From Minisyncoccota bacterium (lineage in GTDB: Bacteria > Patescibacteriota > Minisyncoccia > UBA6257 > 02-FULL-45-10c): a DNA stretch of 64,000 nt. The stretch is from the NCBI GenBank assembly GCA_036517155.1, contig DATDXY010000001.1, positions 6,510 through 70,509 on the forward strand, in the 5' to 3' direction. Shown here piece after piece: positions 44,975 to 54,167 of this stretch. A program made the position numbers and the translations under genes. Within the stretch, counting starts at the first letter, position 1; every line of letters begins with the position of its first letter. Below the pieces are notes generated by a model. The model made no database searches, was not told the DNA's origin, and worked only from the letters and a program-made list of their open reading frames with translations.

Positions 44975-45076
44975 GAGAGATATTGTACCATAATTAGTCC
45001 GCATTTTAGCGGAAGAATTGATTAAAATATTGAAAACGAACCAAAAAACTGCTCACGCAAGATAATCTTTTTTTCT

Positions 45077-45151
45077 TGGCTCCCCCGGTAGGGATCGAAC
45101 CTACGACCGTCGCCTTAACAGGGCGCCGCTCTACCGCTGAGCTACAGGGGA
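45077..45151 (-). tRNA. tRNA-Asn (GTT)
   Basis: TCCCCTGTAGCTCAGCGGTAGAGCGGCGCCCTGTTAAGGCGACGGTCGTAGGTTCGATCCCTACCGGGGGAGCCA; cloverleaf with encoded CCA. Confidence 0.95.
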
Positions 45152-45266
45152 ATATCTGTTGGATAATATAACAGAATTTTCCAAAATATAAAAGAGGCTA
45201 ATTATTAAATCAAATATGCTATACTTAAAAGTTAAAGGACGGAAAAATTAAAGGGTAGCTTATAAT

Positions 45267-45350
45267 ATGGATCAAAAAACGCCGCCCCAAAATCCGGACG
45301 AAGAAAAATGCCCTCACTGCGGCAGGCCGATTGGGGAATGTAATTGTTAA
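45267..45350 (+). CDS. Unannotated 27-aa CxxC-x6-CxC micro-protein
   Basis: MDQKTPPQNPDEEKCPHCGRPIGECNC; upstream TGCTATACT; terminator immediately downstream. Confidence 0.55.
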   Translation: MDQKTPPQNPDEEKCPHCGRPIGECNC

Positions 45351-45358
45351 TATCTAAT

Positions 45359-45389
45359 TAAAAATCCCCGCTTTTCGCGGGGATTTTTA
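45359..45389. terminator. Bidirectional terminator
   Basis: TAAAAATCCCCGC-TTTTC-GCGGGGATTTTTA. Confidence 0.8.
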
Positions 45390-45391
45390 TT

Positions 45392-47674
45392 TTATTGGAT
45401 TTCGCAAACTCCGCTGACACAGGCCAATTCTTTGGAGCCTTGAGTTTCATCTTCCCGTTCGTACAGCAAAATCTGGGAGAAATCTATTTCCGGAAAATCT
45501 TTTGCCAGTTCCAGATATTTTTCTTCAGTCATTTCTTCATATGGAGCAAGAGTATAGGCGTGCTCATCCCGCGGCAAGAAAGAAAGTCCGCCGATAATGT
45601 CCCAGTTTTCATATACCCAGTTGGAAACTCCCAACCATTCTCCGTCTGCCACGGAAATAGTGACCGAAGGATTGTGTTCGGTGAAATTAGTTTTTACTTT
45701 TTTCCAATATTCTAATTGCTGAATCGCAGTCAGATCCCGACGAACCGCCGCTCCCTTTGGCGCTGCGACCGGAAATTCAATCACATAGGTATTCGCCATA
45801 CCCTCAGATTGGCCGACTTCCGGATGATACGGAACTTTCTGGTCTTTCAGCATCTGGAATAAACTGTCTGATGCAGCGATACGAATCCGGCGGATATAAT
45901 ACTTTGCATGCCGAGCGTGCAAGCCAGAAGAAGCGTCTACCAATTGTGATACCGTGCCGGATGGTTTTACACAGGTTACGCAAGTAGAAGCGTTCACACC
46001 AAATCGAGTCGCGTATTTTTTATTAGTTGCCACCGCCTCTTCCCGCAATTTACGGAGTACTTTATCTTCCCGCGCTGCTGCCGAATCCCATTGGCCAGTC
46101 ACTGATACTCCCAACAAACGTTCTTCTTCACAGTGTTGTTTCCATTCTTTGGAAAGATATGGGAAATCCGTAAGTGTAGATTGATACGTTCCCAAAATTG
46201 CCGCGAGCCGAGCTTTGCGAAGTAATGTTTTTTCCGTATCTTCGTGGCGCGCAATGACTTCGGAAAGATTGCAGAATTGTTTTGATTTCAATACAATTTC
46301 TCCGCACGGATTAGTACCGGAAGTGCCGGCATCTTTTTTGAAAACTTTCCAGCGCCGTTCCGGCAACTGCCTTTGCAAACTGCCGCGATTGAAAATCCCC
46401 CGTTCGCCGGTGCCACTTTTGGCCAGCGCCAGCCATTCTTCCATAAAATCTGTCGCTGAAGGCCTTTCGTTATACACTGCCGAGTTATTCGCCATAGTCC
46501 GCTCCGGATGCACAGAATAAAACTGTCCTTGTTTAGCAGTCCGCAATTCCTGATCATCCAAATCAGAAAGGGAAATCAGTGCTGAACGACGAACGCCGCC
46601 CATAACTACAATCTCGCCAATTTTACAGATAATATCGTGCGCGTCCAAACTACTTAATCGCTGGCCCTGCCGACTTAATACTTTTGCCTTAGTAAATTCC
46701 ATTAAATTGATCAAAGGTTGGGGGCCGGAAGACTTGCCGCCCATCGTAATAAGACGCGCTCCGGCTGGCCGAAGATGACTATAGTCAAAAATTACATTTT
46801 TTCCATCAAACCAGGTTTTCATTCCAAGATAGAACGCATCTGCCCAACCTTCTTTACTGTCTTCTACAATATGCGTCGGAACTTTTTTCATCGGCATCTG
46901 CCGTTTGATTTGCGGCAACGCATGGATATTTTGACGCTCCACGGAAAAACCGACTCCAGTGCCGCACATCGCCAGATACATAATTTCCGAAAAATCTTTT
47001 AATTTTCGCGGCGCGATAAAGGAACAGTTATACGCAATCACATTACTCTTCTCTACTGCTGGTCCAGCGCCCCACATTAGCCGCATCGATGGCATCACTT
47101 CTTGTTTCAAAATCGCTTCGCGCAATTCCGCATACTCCTCGTCATGTAATTTATTACCAAGACGCTTTTTCATAAAAGCCATAAAACGATCTACAGTTTC
47201 AATCCAAGTTTCCCGCCGTCCTTCGGTTTCAATCCATCGCGAATAAGAACGATAATAAACAAATTCGGAAAGAGAATTTCGAAAATATTTTTTGCTTTCT
47301 TCCGAAAGTTTTTTTACATGTTCCGGAATTTCCCGCCGCTTCTCGCGAAGTTTTGACCGCTCATTGCGATACAGAATATACGCTTTAGCAGTTTTTGGAA
47401 AATCTCCCAAAATTAAATTCGTTTCCACAATATCTTGAATTTCTTCAATATGCGGAGAAGATTCTTTTTCTAATACTCCATTTTTCGTATGTTTTTTTAC
47501 TAAATCGCGAAGCACCGCGTCCGAAATATGTAACGCTGCTTCTAAGCCGCCTTCGCCAGTTTCTTTCATAGCTTTTAACACGGCATTGGTAATACGTTCT
47601 TGATCAAAAGGAACTAATCGACCGTCTCGCTTCCGGGTGTATTGAAACCCAACTTTCATTTTGGCTGGCGACAT
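45392..47674 (-). CDS. nrdJ: Class II (B12-dependent) ribonucleotide reductase with ATP cone
   Basis: KRDG ATP cone, PSMR, YNC, GGVRRSA, TNPCGEI, KPSGT and C-terminal CVSGVC. Confidence 0.9.
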   Translation of the reverse strand: MSPAKMKVGFQYTRKRDGRLVPFDQERITNAVLKAMKETGEGGLEAALHISDAVLRDLVKKHTKNGVLEKESSPHIEEIQDIVETNLILGDFPKTAKAYILYRNERSKLREKRREIPEHVKKLSEESKKYFRNSLSEFVYYRSYSRWIETEGRRETWIETVDRFMAFMKKRLGNKLHDEEYAELREAILKQEVMPSMRLMWGAGPAVEKSNVIAYNCSFIAPRKLKDFSEIMYLAMCGTGVGFSVERQNIHALPQIKRQMPMKKVPTHIVEDSKEGWADAFYLGMKTWFDGKNVIFDYSHLRPAGARLITMGGKSSGPQPLINLMEFTKAKVLSRQGQRLSSLDAHDIICKIGEIVVMGGVRRSALISLSDLDDQELRTAKQGQFYSVHPERTMANNSAVYNERPSATDFMEEWLALAKSGTGERGIFNRGSLQRQLPERRWKVFKKDAGTSGTNPCGEIVLKSKQFCNLSEVIARHEDTEKTLLRKARLAAILGTYQSTLTDFPYLSKEWKQHCEEERLLGVSVTGQWDSAAAREDKVLRKLREEAVATNKKYATRFGVNASTCVTCVKPSGTVSQLVDASSGLHARHAKYYIRRIRIAASDSLFQMLKDQKVPYHPEVGQSEGMANTYVIEFPVAAPKGAAVRRDLTAIQQLEYWKKVKTNFTEHNPSVTISVADGEWLGVSNWVYENWDIIGGLSFLPRDEHAYTLAPYEEMTEEKYLELAKDFPEIDFSQILLYEREDETQGSKELACVSGVCEIQ

Positions 47675-47737
47675 GGAGTAAAATTTTGGTTAATTATTTT
47701 GTATATTCATTATATTGAGTTTGGGAACTAATGGGGT

Positions 47738-47746
47738 TGTGGATAA
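47738..47746 (-). promoter_or_regulatory. DnaA box upstream of nrdJ
   Basis: Perfect TTATCCACA. Confidence 0.55.
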
Positions 47747-47851
47747 CTCCAATTTTTCAATAATTTTTCTCCCCCAAAATAAACCAGCGAAGTTTTTGAG
47801 TAAATTTAACGCTTGGAAACGATTTTTCATACGAAAAAGCTTTCTAGAAAC

Positions 47852-47879
47852 AAAAAATACGCCTTCAAGGGGCGTATTT
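47852..47879 (-). terminator. Terminator after ftsZ
   Basis: AAATACGCCCC-TTGA-AGGCGTATTTTTT on the minus strand. Confidence 0.7.
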
Positions 47880-47896
47880 CCTCAAATCCAGCCTTC

Positions 47897-49069
47897 TTAC
47901 TTTTTCCGCCGTAAAAAGGTTGGGATGTCCCAGATGTCATTGGACTTTTTACCGGCAGACGGCTTTTCTTTTGCAGTTTTTTCGGCGTGATGCATTTCTT
48001 TCTTTTCTGGCGTAGTCGGGAGATCCAACTTCTTATCCATCACTGGAGCACTGAATAAACTCGGCGAAGCAAGCGTACTCTTCACCATTCCGGAATCGCT
48101 GAATCCAGTCGCAATCAACGTCACTTTGATTTGTCCCTGCTTCATTTTACGATCGTGGTAAGCGCCAAAAATCACTCGCGCCGTTGGATCAATGGAACCA
48201 GAGATGGTTTTAGCGATTTCATTGATTTCGCTCATCTTCAAATCTCGGCTACCGAAAACTCCGAACAAGACTCCCTTCGCTCCTTCGATAGAAATTTCTA
48301 ATAGCGGAGAATTAATCGCTTGGTTGACTGCGTTTTGCGCACGTTCTGGTCCGCTAGCAGTACCGATGCCGACAATTGCAGTCCCCGCTTCCTGCATAAT
48401 CGCTTTTACGTCCGCAAAATCTACATTGATGATTCCCGGCATTGCAATCAAATCAGCGATGCCCAGCACTGCTTCTCGCAATACATCATCCACTACTTCA
48501 AACGCTTTCATCAGGGGCGTGTCTTTATCAATAACATTAAAAATTCGATCGTTGGGTACCACAATTAACGTATCTACTTTATCTTTCAGTTTTATAAATG
48601 CGTCTTGCGCAATTCTGGCTCTTTGCGCGCCCTCAAAAGAAAATGGCTTAGTAACCACTGCCACCGTCAACACACCCAATTCTTTTGCGACTTCCGCGAC
48701 AATCGGCGCTGCGCCGGAACCGGTGCCGCCGCCCAAGCCCGCGGTAATAAAAATCAAATCCGCTCCTTTGAGATTTTCAATAATTTCGGAACGGGTTTCT
48801 TCCGCGGCTTGCCGTCCTAATTCCGGATTCATCCCCGTCCCCAATCCCTTAGTCAAATTTTTCCCGATATGAATCTTTTTCTTGGCATTGCAATATTCCA
48901 AATCCTGCGCATCCGTGTTAATCGCGATAAAATCCACGCCACGGAAAAAATCGTCTTTCATTCTGGAAATAACGTTCCCGCCTCCGCCGCCGACTCCAAC
49001 AACCTTAATCTTCGCCAAACCGTGCGAAATGGCTGATTCTCCTTCTTTTTTAGTAACTTTTGCGCTCAT
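47897..49069 (-). CDS. ftsZ: Cell division protein FtsZ
   Basis: GVGGGG.N, NTD, GLGGGTGSG, INVDFADV and C-terminal DIPTFLR; start taken at ATG 49069. Confidence 0.97.
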   Translation of the reverse strand: MSAKVTKKEGESAISHGLAKIKVVGVGGGGGNVISRMKDDFFRGVDFIAINTDAQDLEYCNAKKKIHIGKNLTKGLGTGMNPELGRQAAEETRSEIIENLKGADLIFITAGLGGGTGSGAAPIVAEVAKELGVLTVAVVTKPFSFEGAQRARIAQDAFIKLKDKVDTLIVVPNDRIFNVIDKDTPLMKAFEVVDDVLREAVLGIADLIAMPGIINVDFADVKAIMQEAGTAIVGIGTASGPERAQNAVNQAINSPLLEISIEGAKGVLFGVFGSRDLKMSEINEIAKTISGSIDPTARVIFGAYHDRKMKQGQIKVTLIATGFSDSGMVKSTLASPSLFSAPVMDKKLDLPTTPEKKEMHHAEKTAKEKPSAGKKSNDIWDIPTFLRRKK

Positions 49070-50295
49070 GGTAAAAATTGGCCGATAATCTTCTTCCACA
49101 TACCAGTCATATCGGCAACACTGGTTTTATTCTCCAACCTATCGTGGCCTGCCATTACCAACCCCATCGCGCAGGCAAATTCCGGATCTTCCAATTGTAA
49201 ATTCAATTCGCCATTTAATACTTCCAAAGCCGTGGTGTCTGGAATGCCGATTTGGGCTGGCAATTGCAATTCTTCTCTGGCTAAATCAACAATTCCGGGC
49301 AATTTAGATCCTCCGCCCACCAACACTACCCCCGCTGGAAGCCGACCGGCCCTGCTGATTGTTTTAAGTTCATTATCAACAAATTCAAAGATCTCGGCAA
49401 GTCGGGACTGAATGACCTCAGCGATAAATTTTCGGCTTGGATTTACCCGGATATTCGCATCCACTTTTCGTAAATCAATATTTTCCCGAACCGAAATTCC
49501 TTTGGCGATGGCCGTGCCGAAAGATAATTTTACTGTTTCCGCTACATCAATGTTTGTTCTTAAGCCAATCGCCAAATCATTAGTAATATTCCCAGAACCA
49601 ACTGGCAAAATAGCTGTGTGCAATAATTTATTTTCTTCGTACATGCATATGCCAGTCGTTCCAAAACCAATGTCCACCACTGCTACGCCAAGTTCTTTTT
49701 GATTTCGGGAAAGAACGGAACGCGATGCCGCCAACGGCGCCAAAATCAAGGCGTTCATTCCTCCGCCGGCCATTTCTACACATTTCGTTAAATTTTTAAC
49801 TCGAGGAGTAAATGCGTCAATCATTATACTATTCACTTCCAATCGATTCCCAATCATGCCAATCGGATCTTGAATATCGCCCACTCCATCCACTAAATAT
49901 TCCCGAATCATTGAGTGGATAATCATTCGGTTCGGCGGTAAGTTAATCGCTTGCGATGCTTGCACCACGCGATCGATATCGTCCTGATAGATTTCAAAAT
50001 CAGCCCGGGACACAGCTACAATTCCTTTAGAGGTTTGCAACTTTACATCCGGACCGCCAATATTCAATATTATATTTTTCAGCGCATCTTTGGAGACATT
50101 CCGAATTTCCAAAAAAAGCTGGTTTAAAGAACGAGTCATTTCCGCTAAGTCTTCCACCGAACCCCGACGCATGCCGGCGGATGGAGAGCGAAACGCTCGC
50201 ACCAACGTTAATTGACCATTCTTTTTGAATTCACCAATGACCGCTTTAATACTCGCGGACCCTATATCAAGGCCGGTCAAATACCTAGGAAACAT
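49066..50295 (-). CDS. ftsA: Cell division protein FtsA
   Basis: GLDIGS, G.RRG, DIG.GTT, IT.DLA, LVGGGS and amphipathic C-terminus. Confidence 0.95.
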   Translation of the reverse strand: MFPRYLTGLDIGSASIKAVIGEFKKNGQLTLVRAFRSPSAGMRRGSVEDLAEMTRSLNQLFLEIRNVSKDALKNIILNIGGPDVKLQTSKGIVAVSRADFEIYQDDIDRVVQASQAINLPPNRMIIHSMIREYLVDGVGDIQDPIGMIGNRLEVNSIMIDAFTPRVKNLTKCVEMAGGGMNALILAPLAASRSVLSRNQKELGVAVVDIGFGTTGICMYEENKLLHTAILPVGSGNITNDLAIGLRTNIDVAETVKLSFGTAIAKGISVRENIDLRKVDANIRVNPSRKFIAEVIQSRLAEIFEFVDNELKTISRAGRLPAGVVLVGGGSKLPGIVDLAREELQLPAQIGIPDTTALEVLNGELNLQLEDPEFACAMGLVMAGHDRLENKTSVADMTGMWKKIIGQFLP

Positions 50296-50686
50296 GCTTT
50301 AAACCTTTAAGTAACGACTGTTCTCGTTTTTCCATCTTAATTCTATCACGCTTTGTTTTATGATCATACCCTAACACGTGCAGGATCCCATGAACAAGCA
50401 TTAGCGACAAATCCTCTTGATGGCGTTGGATATATACGGGATCTAAAAATATTTCTCCCCATTTTGGCCCGGGAAAATCCTTCGGCTTGGGAAATGATAA
50501 AACATTAGTGGAACGATTTTTGCCCAAGAATTGTTTGTTCAGACGATGCATCCGATGGCTGGAAATCACAAAAATTTCAATGTCCCCTTTGGGTTTGAGT
50601 ATGGTTTCTAACCACCGAATTTGCTGGTTCAATATCTTTCGAAAACGATGCGCAGTGTTATCCAAATAAATGACTTCAAGTTTCAT
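50285..50686 (-). CDS. ybeY: rRNA maturation RNase YbeY
   Basis: LN...STNVLSF and HGILHVLGYDH. Confidence 0.92.
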   Translation of the reverse strand: MKLEVIYLDNTAHRFRKILNQQIRWLETILKPKGDIEIFVISSHRMHRLNKQFLGKNRSTNVLSFPKPKDFPGPKWGEIFLDPVYIQRHQEDLSLMLVHGILHVLGYDHKTKRDRIKMEKREQSLLKGLKHVS

Positions 50687-50715
50687 ATGTAATTGCAATA
50701 TTTAAATAGTATAAA

Positions 50716-50747
50716 CAAAACAACTACCTTAGGGTAGTTGTGTATAA
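50716..50747 (-). terminator. Terminator hairpin with adjacent DnaA-box variant
   Basis: ACAACTACC-TTAG-GGTAGTTGT; TTATACACA at 50739-47. Confidence 0.6.
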
Positions 50748-50767
50748 CTTAAATTCGCCATGAGTGT

Positions 50768-51220
50768 TTAGCTTACTTTTTCTTTTATGATTTCACTCAC
50801 CATTTTCGCATCTGCCTTGCCTTTCAACTCCGCCATTACCGTTTTCATTACCAAGCCAAAATTACTAGTGTCCGAAAGTCCGGAAATAATTTTCTCTACT
50901 GCCGCCCGCACTTCTTCCGCATTCATTTGTTTTGGCAGATACGCTTCAACAATCGCCAGTTCTTTTTTTTCTTTTTCCGCCAAGTCGGTCCGGCCGCCAT
51001 TAATAAACGCTTCTGCGGATTCTTTCCGTTTCTTTGCTTCTTTCCCCAACACTTCAATTACATCTTCATCGGTTAATTCTTCCGATTGCCCCTTACCCTT
51101 CTTATCAATGCTTTTATTTTTTAACGATGCGTGCAACATGCGAAGCACGCCTAAAAGTTCGGCATTGCCGGCTTTCATTGCTGACTTCAAATCTTCCATA
51201 ATTCTTTGACTAAGCGCCAT
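50768..51220 (-). CDS. GatB/YqeY domain protein
   Basis: DLKSAMKA, E.KKRKES...GR.DL, YLP.Q and GKAD. Confidence 0.9.
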   Translation of the reverse strand: MALSQRIMEDLKSAMKAGNAELLGVLRMLHASLKNKSIDKKGKGQSEELTDEDVIEVLGKEAKKRKESAEAFINGGRTDLAEKEKKELAIVEAYLPKQMNAEEVRAAVEKIISGLSDTSNFGLVMKTVMAELKGKADAKMVSEIIKEKVS

Positions 51221-51226
51221 AGACAA

Positions 51227-51436
51227 TTACACCAATCCCATTTTCTTCAAATGTTCGCGTTCTTTTTTCTGAACATCGCGATGAATTGCCGAAAGCCGCC
51301 GCTTCATATGATTAACCGGTCGAGAATGAAATCGGCGTTTTTTTGCTTCCTTTAAAATACCGCTCTGTTGAACCCGTTTAGAAAAACGGTACAAAAGACC
51401 ACTGGTCGTTTCTCCTTCTTTTTTTCTAACAAACAT
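51227..51436 (-). CDS. rpsU: 30S ribosomal protein bS21
   Basis: VRKKEGE...LL.RF.KRVQQSGIL.EAK..RFH; canonical HIT-rpsU-yqeY order. Confidence 0.85.
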   Translation of the reverse strand: MFVRKKEGETTSGLLYRFSKRVQQSGILKEAKKRRFHSRPVNHMKRRLSAIHRDVQKKEREHLKKMGLV

Positions 51437-51464
51437 AGTGCTTTTGATAGTACACAATTATGCC

Positions 51465-51827
51465 TTATTTATCAAGACTGGGATGGGGCATCGCCTCAAT
51501 TTCCGCCTTTCGCGTCCATCCTCCCAAAAGATGCAAATGGAGATGATCAATGACCTGTCCGCCCTCTCGGCCAACATTAAAAACTAATTTATAACCCTTG
51601 AGATTTTGCCGCTCCGCCACCAATTTTGCCGAATAAATCAATTCCGAAATAATTTCTTTATGGTTACCCTGAAGGTGGCTAATAGATTGGATATGTTCTT
51701 TTGGCACCACCAATAAATGCACTGGCGCGGATGGATGAATATCTTTAAAGACAACAATCTGTTCATTTTCGAATAAAAATTCCGCTGGAATTTCTTTTGC
51801 GCTGATTTTGCAAAAAATGCAATCCAT
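51465..51827 (-). CDS. HIT family nucleotide-binding protein
   Basis: CIFCKI and HLHLHLLGG. Confidence 0.92.
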   Translation of the reverse strand: MDCIFCKISAKEIPAEFLFENEQIVVFKDIHPSAPVHLLVVPKEHIQSISHLQGNHKEIISELIYSAKLVAERQNLKGYKLVFNVGREGGQVIDHLHLHLLGGWTRKAEIEAMPHPSLDK

Positions 51828-53105
51828 TTAAATTCGTTTTTTTATTTCTACCACTATTTTTTTCAACGGCACGGTTTCTTGCACGCCAGTTTTTAGATCG
51901 CGGATAATTACTGATCCCTCAAACGCTTCTTTCTGGCCAAGGATCAATGCCAAGGCTGCGCCATCTTTATTTGCAGACCGCAATTGGGCGTTTAGGGAAT
52001 TCTTGCCAAAAGATTCCGATACGTGGATATTGGATTTTCGGAATTCTTCCAGCAATGAAAGCATTCTTTTTTTTGCTAACGCGCCAATATAGATTAAGAA
52101 TATTTTTGCCCGATTTTTCACTGTGGGTTGCATGCCGCTGGCTTTCATTGCTTCCAGCACCCGTTCTATGCCAATCGCTCCACCAACCGCCGGCGTAGAT
52201 CGGCCGCCAAGAATTTCTGCCAAATAATCGTATCGGCCGCCGCTTGCCAGCGCTGCATCCGATCCTTCGATAAAAACCTCAAAAACCGTCCGATTATAAT
52301 AATCCAATCCCCGAACCAAAGTAACATCTAATTGGTATGGCAATCCTAATTCTTCAACGTATTCCAAAAAACTCTTGAAATGTTTATTACAAAAACTGCA
52401 AATCGAGTCCAGAATGCTCGGCGCGCCTTGCTTAATTTTTTGGCAATCCGGTTCCTTGCAATCCAATAATCGCAACGGATTAGTATGTAGGCGACGATTA
52501 CAGTCTTTGCAAATTTGTTTTGTAAAACCCTTGTAATAATCTTGTAATTTCTTGATATACACCGGTCGGCACGTTTTACAGCCAATCGTGTTGACTTTTA
52601 CCACCATTTTTTTTAATTTCAAACTTTCTAAAATCCGAAGAATCGGCACAATCACTTGCACTTCATAAATCGGGTCATCGTCGCCGCCAAGGATTTCCAA
52701 ACCAAACTGATGAAATTGGCGGTATCGGCCAGCCTGCGGCCGTTCATAACGGAATAACGGTCCTTCGTAAAATAATTTCAGCGGTTGCCCCATATGACTC
52801 AAACCGTGCTGAATATAGGCCCGCATCACCGATGCAGTTCCTTCCGGTCGAAGCACTAAACGATCATCTCCCTTGGTCCGAAAGACGAACATTTGTTTTT
52901 CCACAATATCCGTTGCTTCTCCTACTGATCGCTCAAATAACGCCGCATCTTCTAAAATTGGTGTATCAATCCGCGCAAAGTTATAAAATTCTACTACTTC
53001 TTTCACCTCTTTTCGGAATTTGTCCCACCAAACTTGATCCTGTGGCAACAAATCGTGCATGCCCTTGGGCGCTTGAAACGAAGTTAGTTTTTTTACTTTG
53101 GCCAT
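51828..53105 (-). CDS. hisS: Histidine-tRNA ligase
   Basis: LRPEGTA, FRYERPQAGRYRQFHQ, LVRGLDYY and GGRYD. Confidence 0.97.
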   Translation of the reverse strand: MAKVKKLTSFQAPKGMHDLLPQDQVWWDKFRKEVKEVVEFYNFARIDTPILEDAALFERSVGEATDIVEKQMFVFRTKGDDRLVLRPEGTASVMRAYIQHGLSHMGQPLKLFYEGPLFRYERPQAGRYRQFHQFGLEILGGDDDPIYEVQVIVPILRILESLKLKKMVVKVNTIGCKTCRPVYIKKLQDYYKGFTKQICKDCNRRLHTNPLRLLDCKEPDCQKIKQGAPSILDSICSFCNKHFKSFLEYVEELGLPYQLDVTLVRGLDYYNRTVFEVFIEGSDAALASGGRYDYLAEILGGRSTPAVGGAIGIERVLEAMKASGMQPTVKNRAKIFLIYIGALAKKRMLSLLEEFRKSNIHVSESFGKNSLNAQLRSANKDGAALALILGQKEAFEGSVIIRDLKTGVQETVPLKKIVVEIKKRI

Positions 53106-53108
53106 AAT

Positions 53109-53651
53109 TTAATAAGTAAATGCTTCGGCTTCAGTAAATGGAAAAAGTCGGACCCGAACTAAACCGACAACATTTTCCCGAGGCAATATTCCCCAACTCC
53201 TAGAATCATAACTATAATTGCGATTATCACCCAACACAAAATATTCTCCGGGCGCAAGCGCTTGGTCAGTATTGCCGATTGTTCGGATACCAGGAGTTAA
53301 ATAAGATTCGTTCAATTGAAAACCCTCGGGGGAGACATCATTATAAATAGTCACAAACCCATCTCGAACAATTACTCGTTCTCCCGGCAAACCAATGACC
53401 CGTTTGATATAATATATTTTTGGATCTTCTGGATAACGAAAAACCACAATTTCCCCTCGTTGCGGTTCTCGAAAACGGTAGGAAATTTCATCAATTAATA
53501 AATAATCGCCAGTGGAAAAACCAGGCTCCATGCTGGCACCGCTTACTAAAAATGGTTGGACTAAATAGGTCCTAATAACAAATACCGTCACCACAGCTAC
53601 TGCCACCACCTCAATCACTTCCCACACCGATAAGAGAAATTGCTTCATCAT
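53109..53651 (-). CDS. lepB: Signal peptidase I
   Basis: GASM.P, YIKRVIGLPG and GDNR..S.DSR. Confidence 0.95.
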   Translation of the reverse strand: MMKQFLLSVWEVIEVVAVAVVTVFVIRTYLVQPFLVSGASMEPGFSTGDYLLIDEISYRFREPQRGEIVVFRYPEDPKIYYIKRVIGLPGERVIVRDGFVTIYNDVSPEGFQLNESYLTPGIRTIGNTDQALAPGEYFVLGDNRNYSYDSRSWGILPRENVVGLVRVRLFPFTEAEAFTY

Positions 53652-53687
53652 ATACACAATATTCTTACATTTTAGTACAATCAGTGT

Positions 53688-54167
53688 ATGCTCGCAAGCC
53701 AACTAGATATTCGTTTAATTTTCGGCATCGGGAATGCCGATGCCGCTTATCATCGAACCTATCACAATGTGGGGATTTTAATGGCGGAATACTTGAAAAA
53801 ATCGATACCGGAACGAGCAAATCAAACCCATATAAACAAGGGTTTTATGAATGTTGTAGGAAAAGAAGTCGCTCGCGCATTGAAGAAAAATCACATAGCA
53901 CCGACGCACCTGCTTGTCATCCATGATGATTCAGATATCCCATTGGGCCGCTTTAAATTGTCTTTTGACCGGAATTCCGCTGGCCATAAAGGAATAGAAA
54001 GCATTATTCAATCTCTAAAAACCAAAGCTTTTTGGCGATTACGGATAGGAATCCGAGCGCTTCGCAATACTCGGCCAGCAGAACAGTTCGTGCTGAAACG
54101 CATTACTGCCGCTCATCTTAAACAATTAGAAACTGTATTTGCGTCCGCGCTCCGACCGTTACAGTAA
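53688..54167 (+). CDS. pth: Peptidyl-tRNA hydrolase (compact)
   Basis: GIGN, TYHNVG, FMN..G, HDD.D, AGHKG and RLRIGI. Confidence 0.9.
   Translation: MLASQLDIRLIFGIGNADAAYHRTYHNVGILMAEYLKKSIPERANQTHINKGFMNVVGKEVARALKKNHIAPTHLLVIHDDSDIPLGRFKLSFDRNSAGHKGIESIIQSLKTKAFWRLRIGIRALRNTRPAEQFVLKRITAAHLKQLETVFASALRPLQ

Noticed and set aside
40923-45151. Integrative element at tRNA-Asn
   Set aside because: No integrase and no duplicated tRNA 3' end found
47705-47720. NrdR box-like ACTCAATATAATGAAT upstream of nrdJ
   Set aside because: Single AT-rich partial match coinciding with the -10 box; no convincing second box
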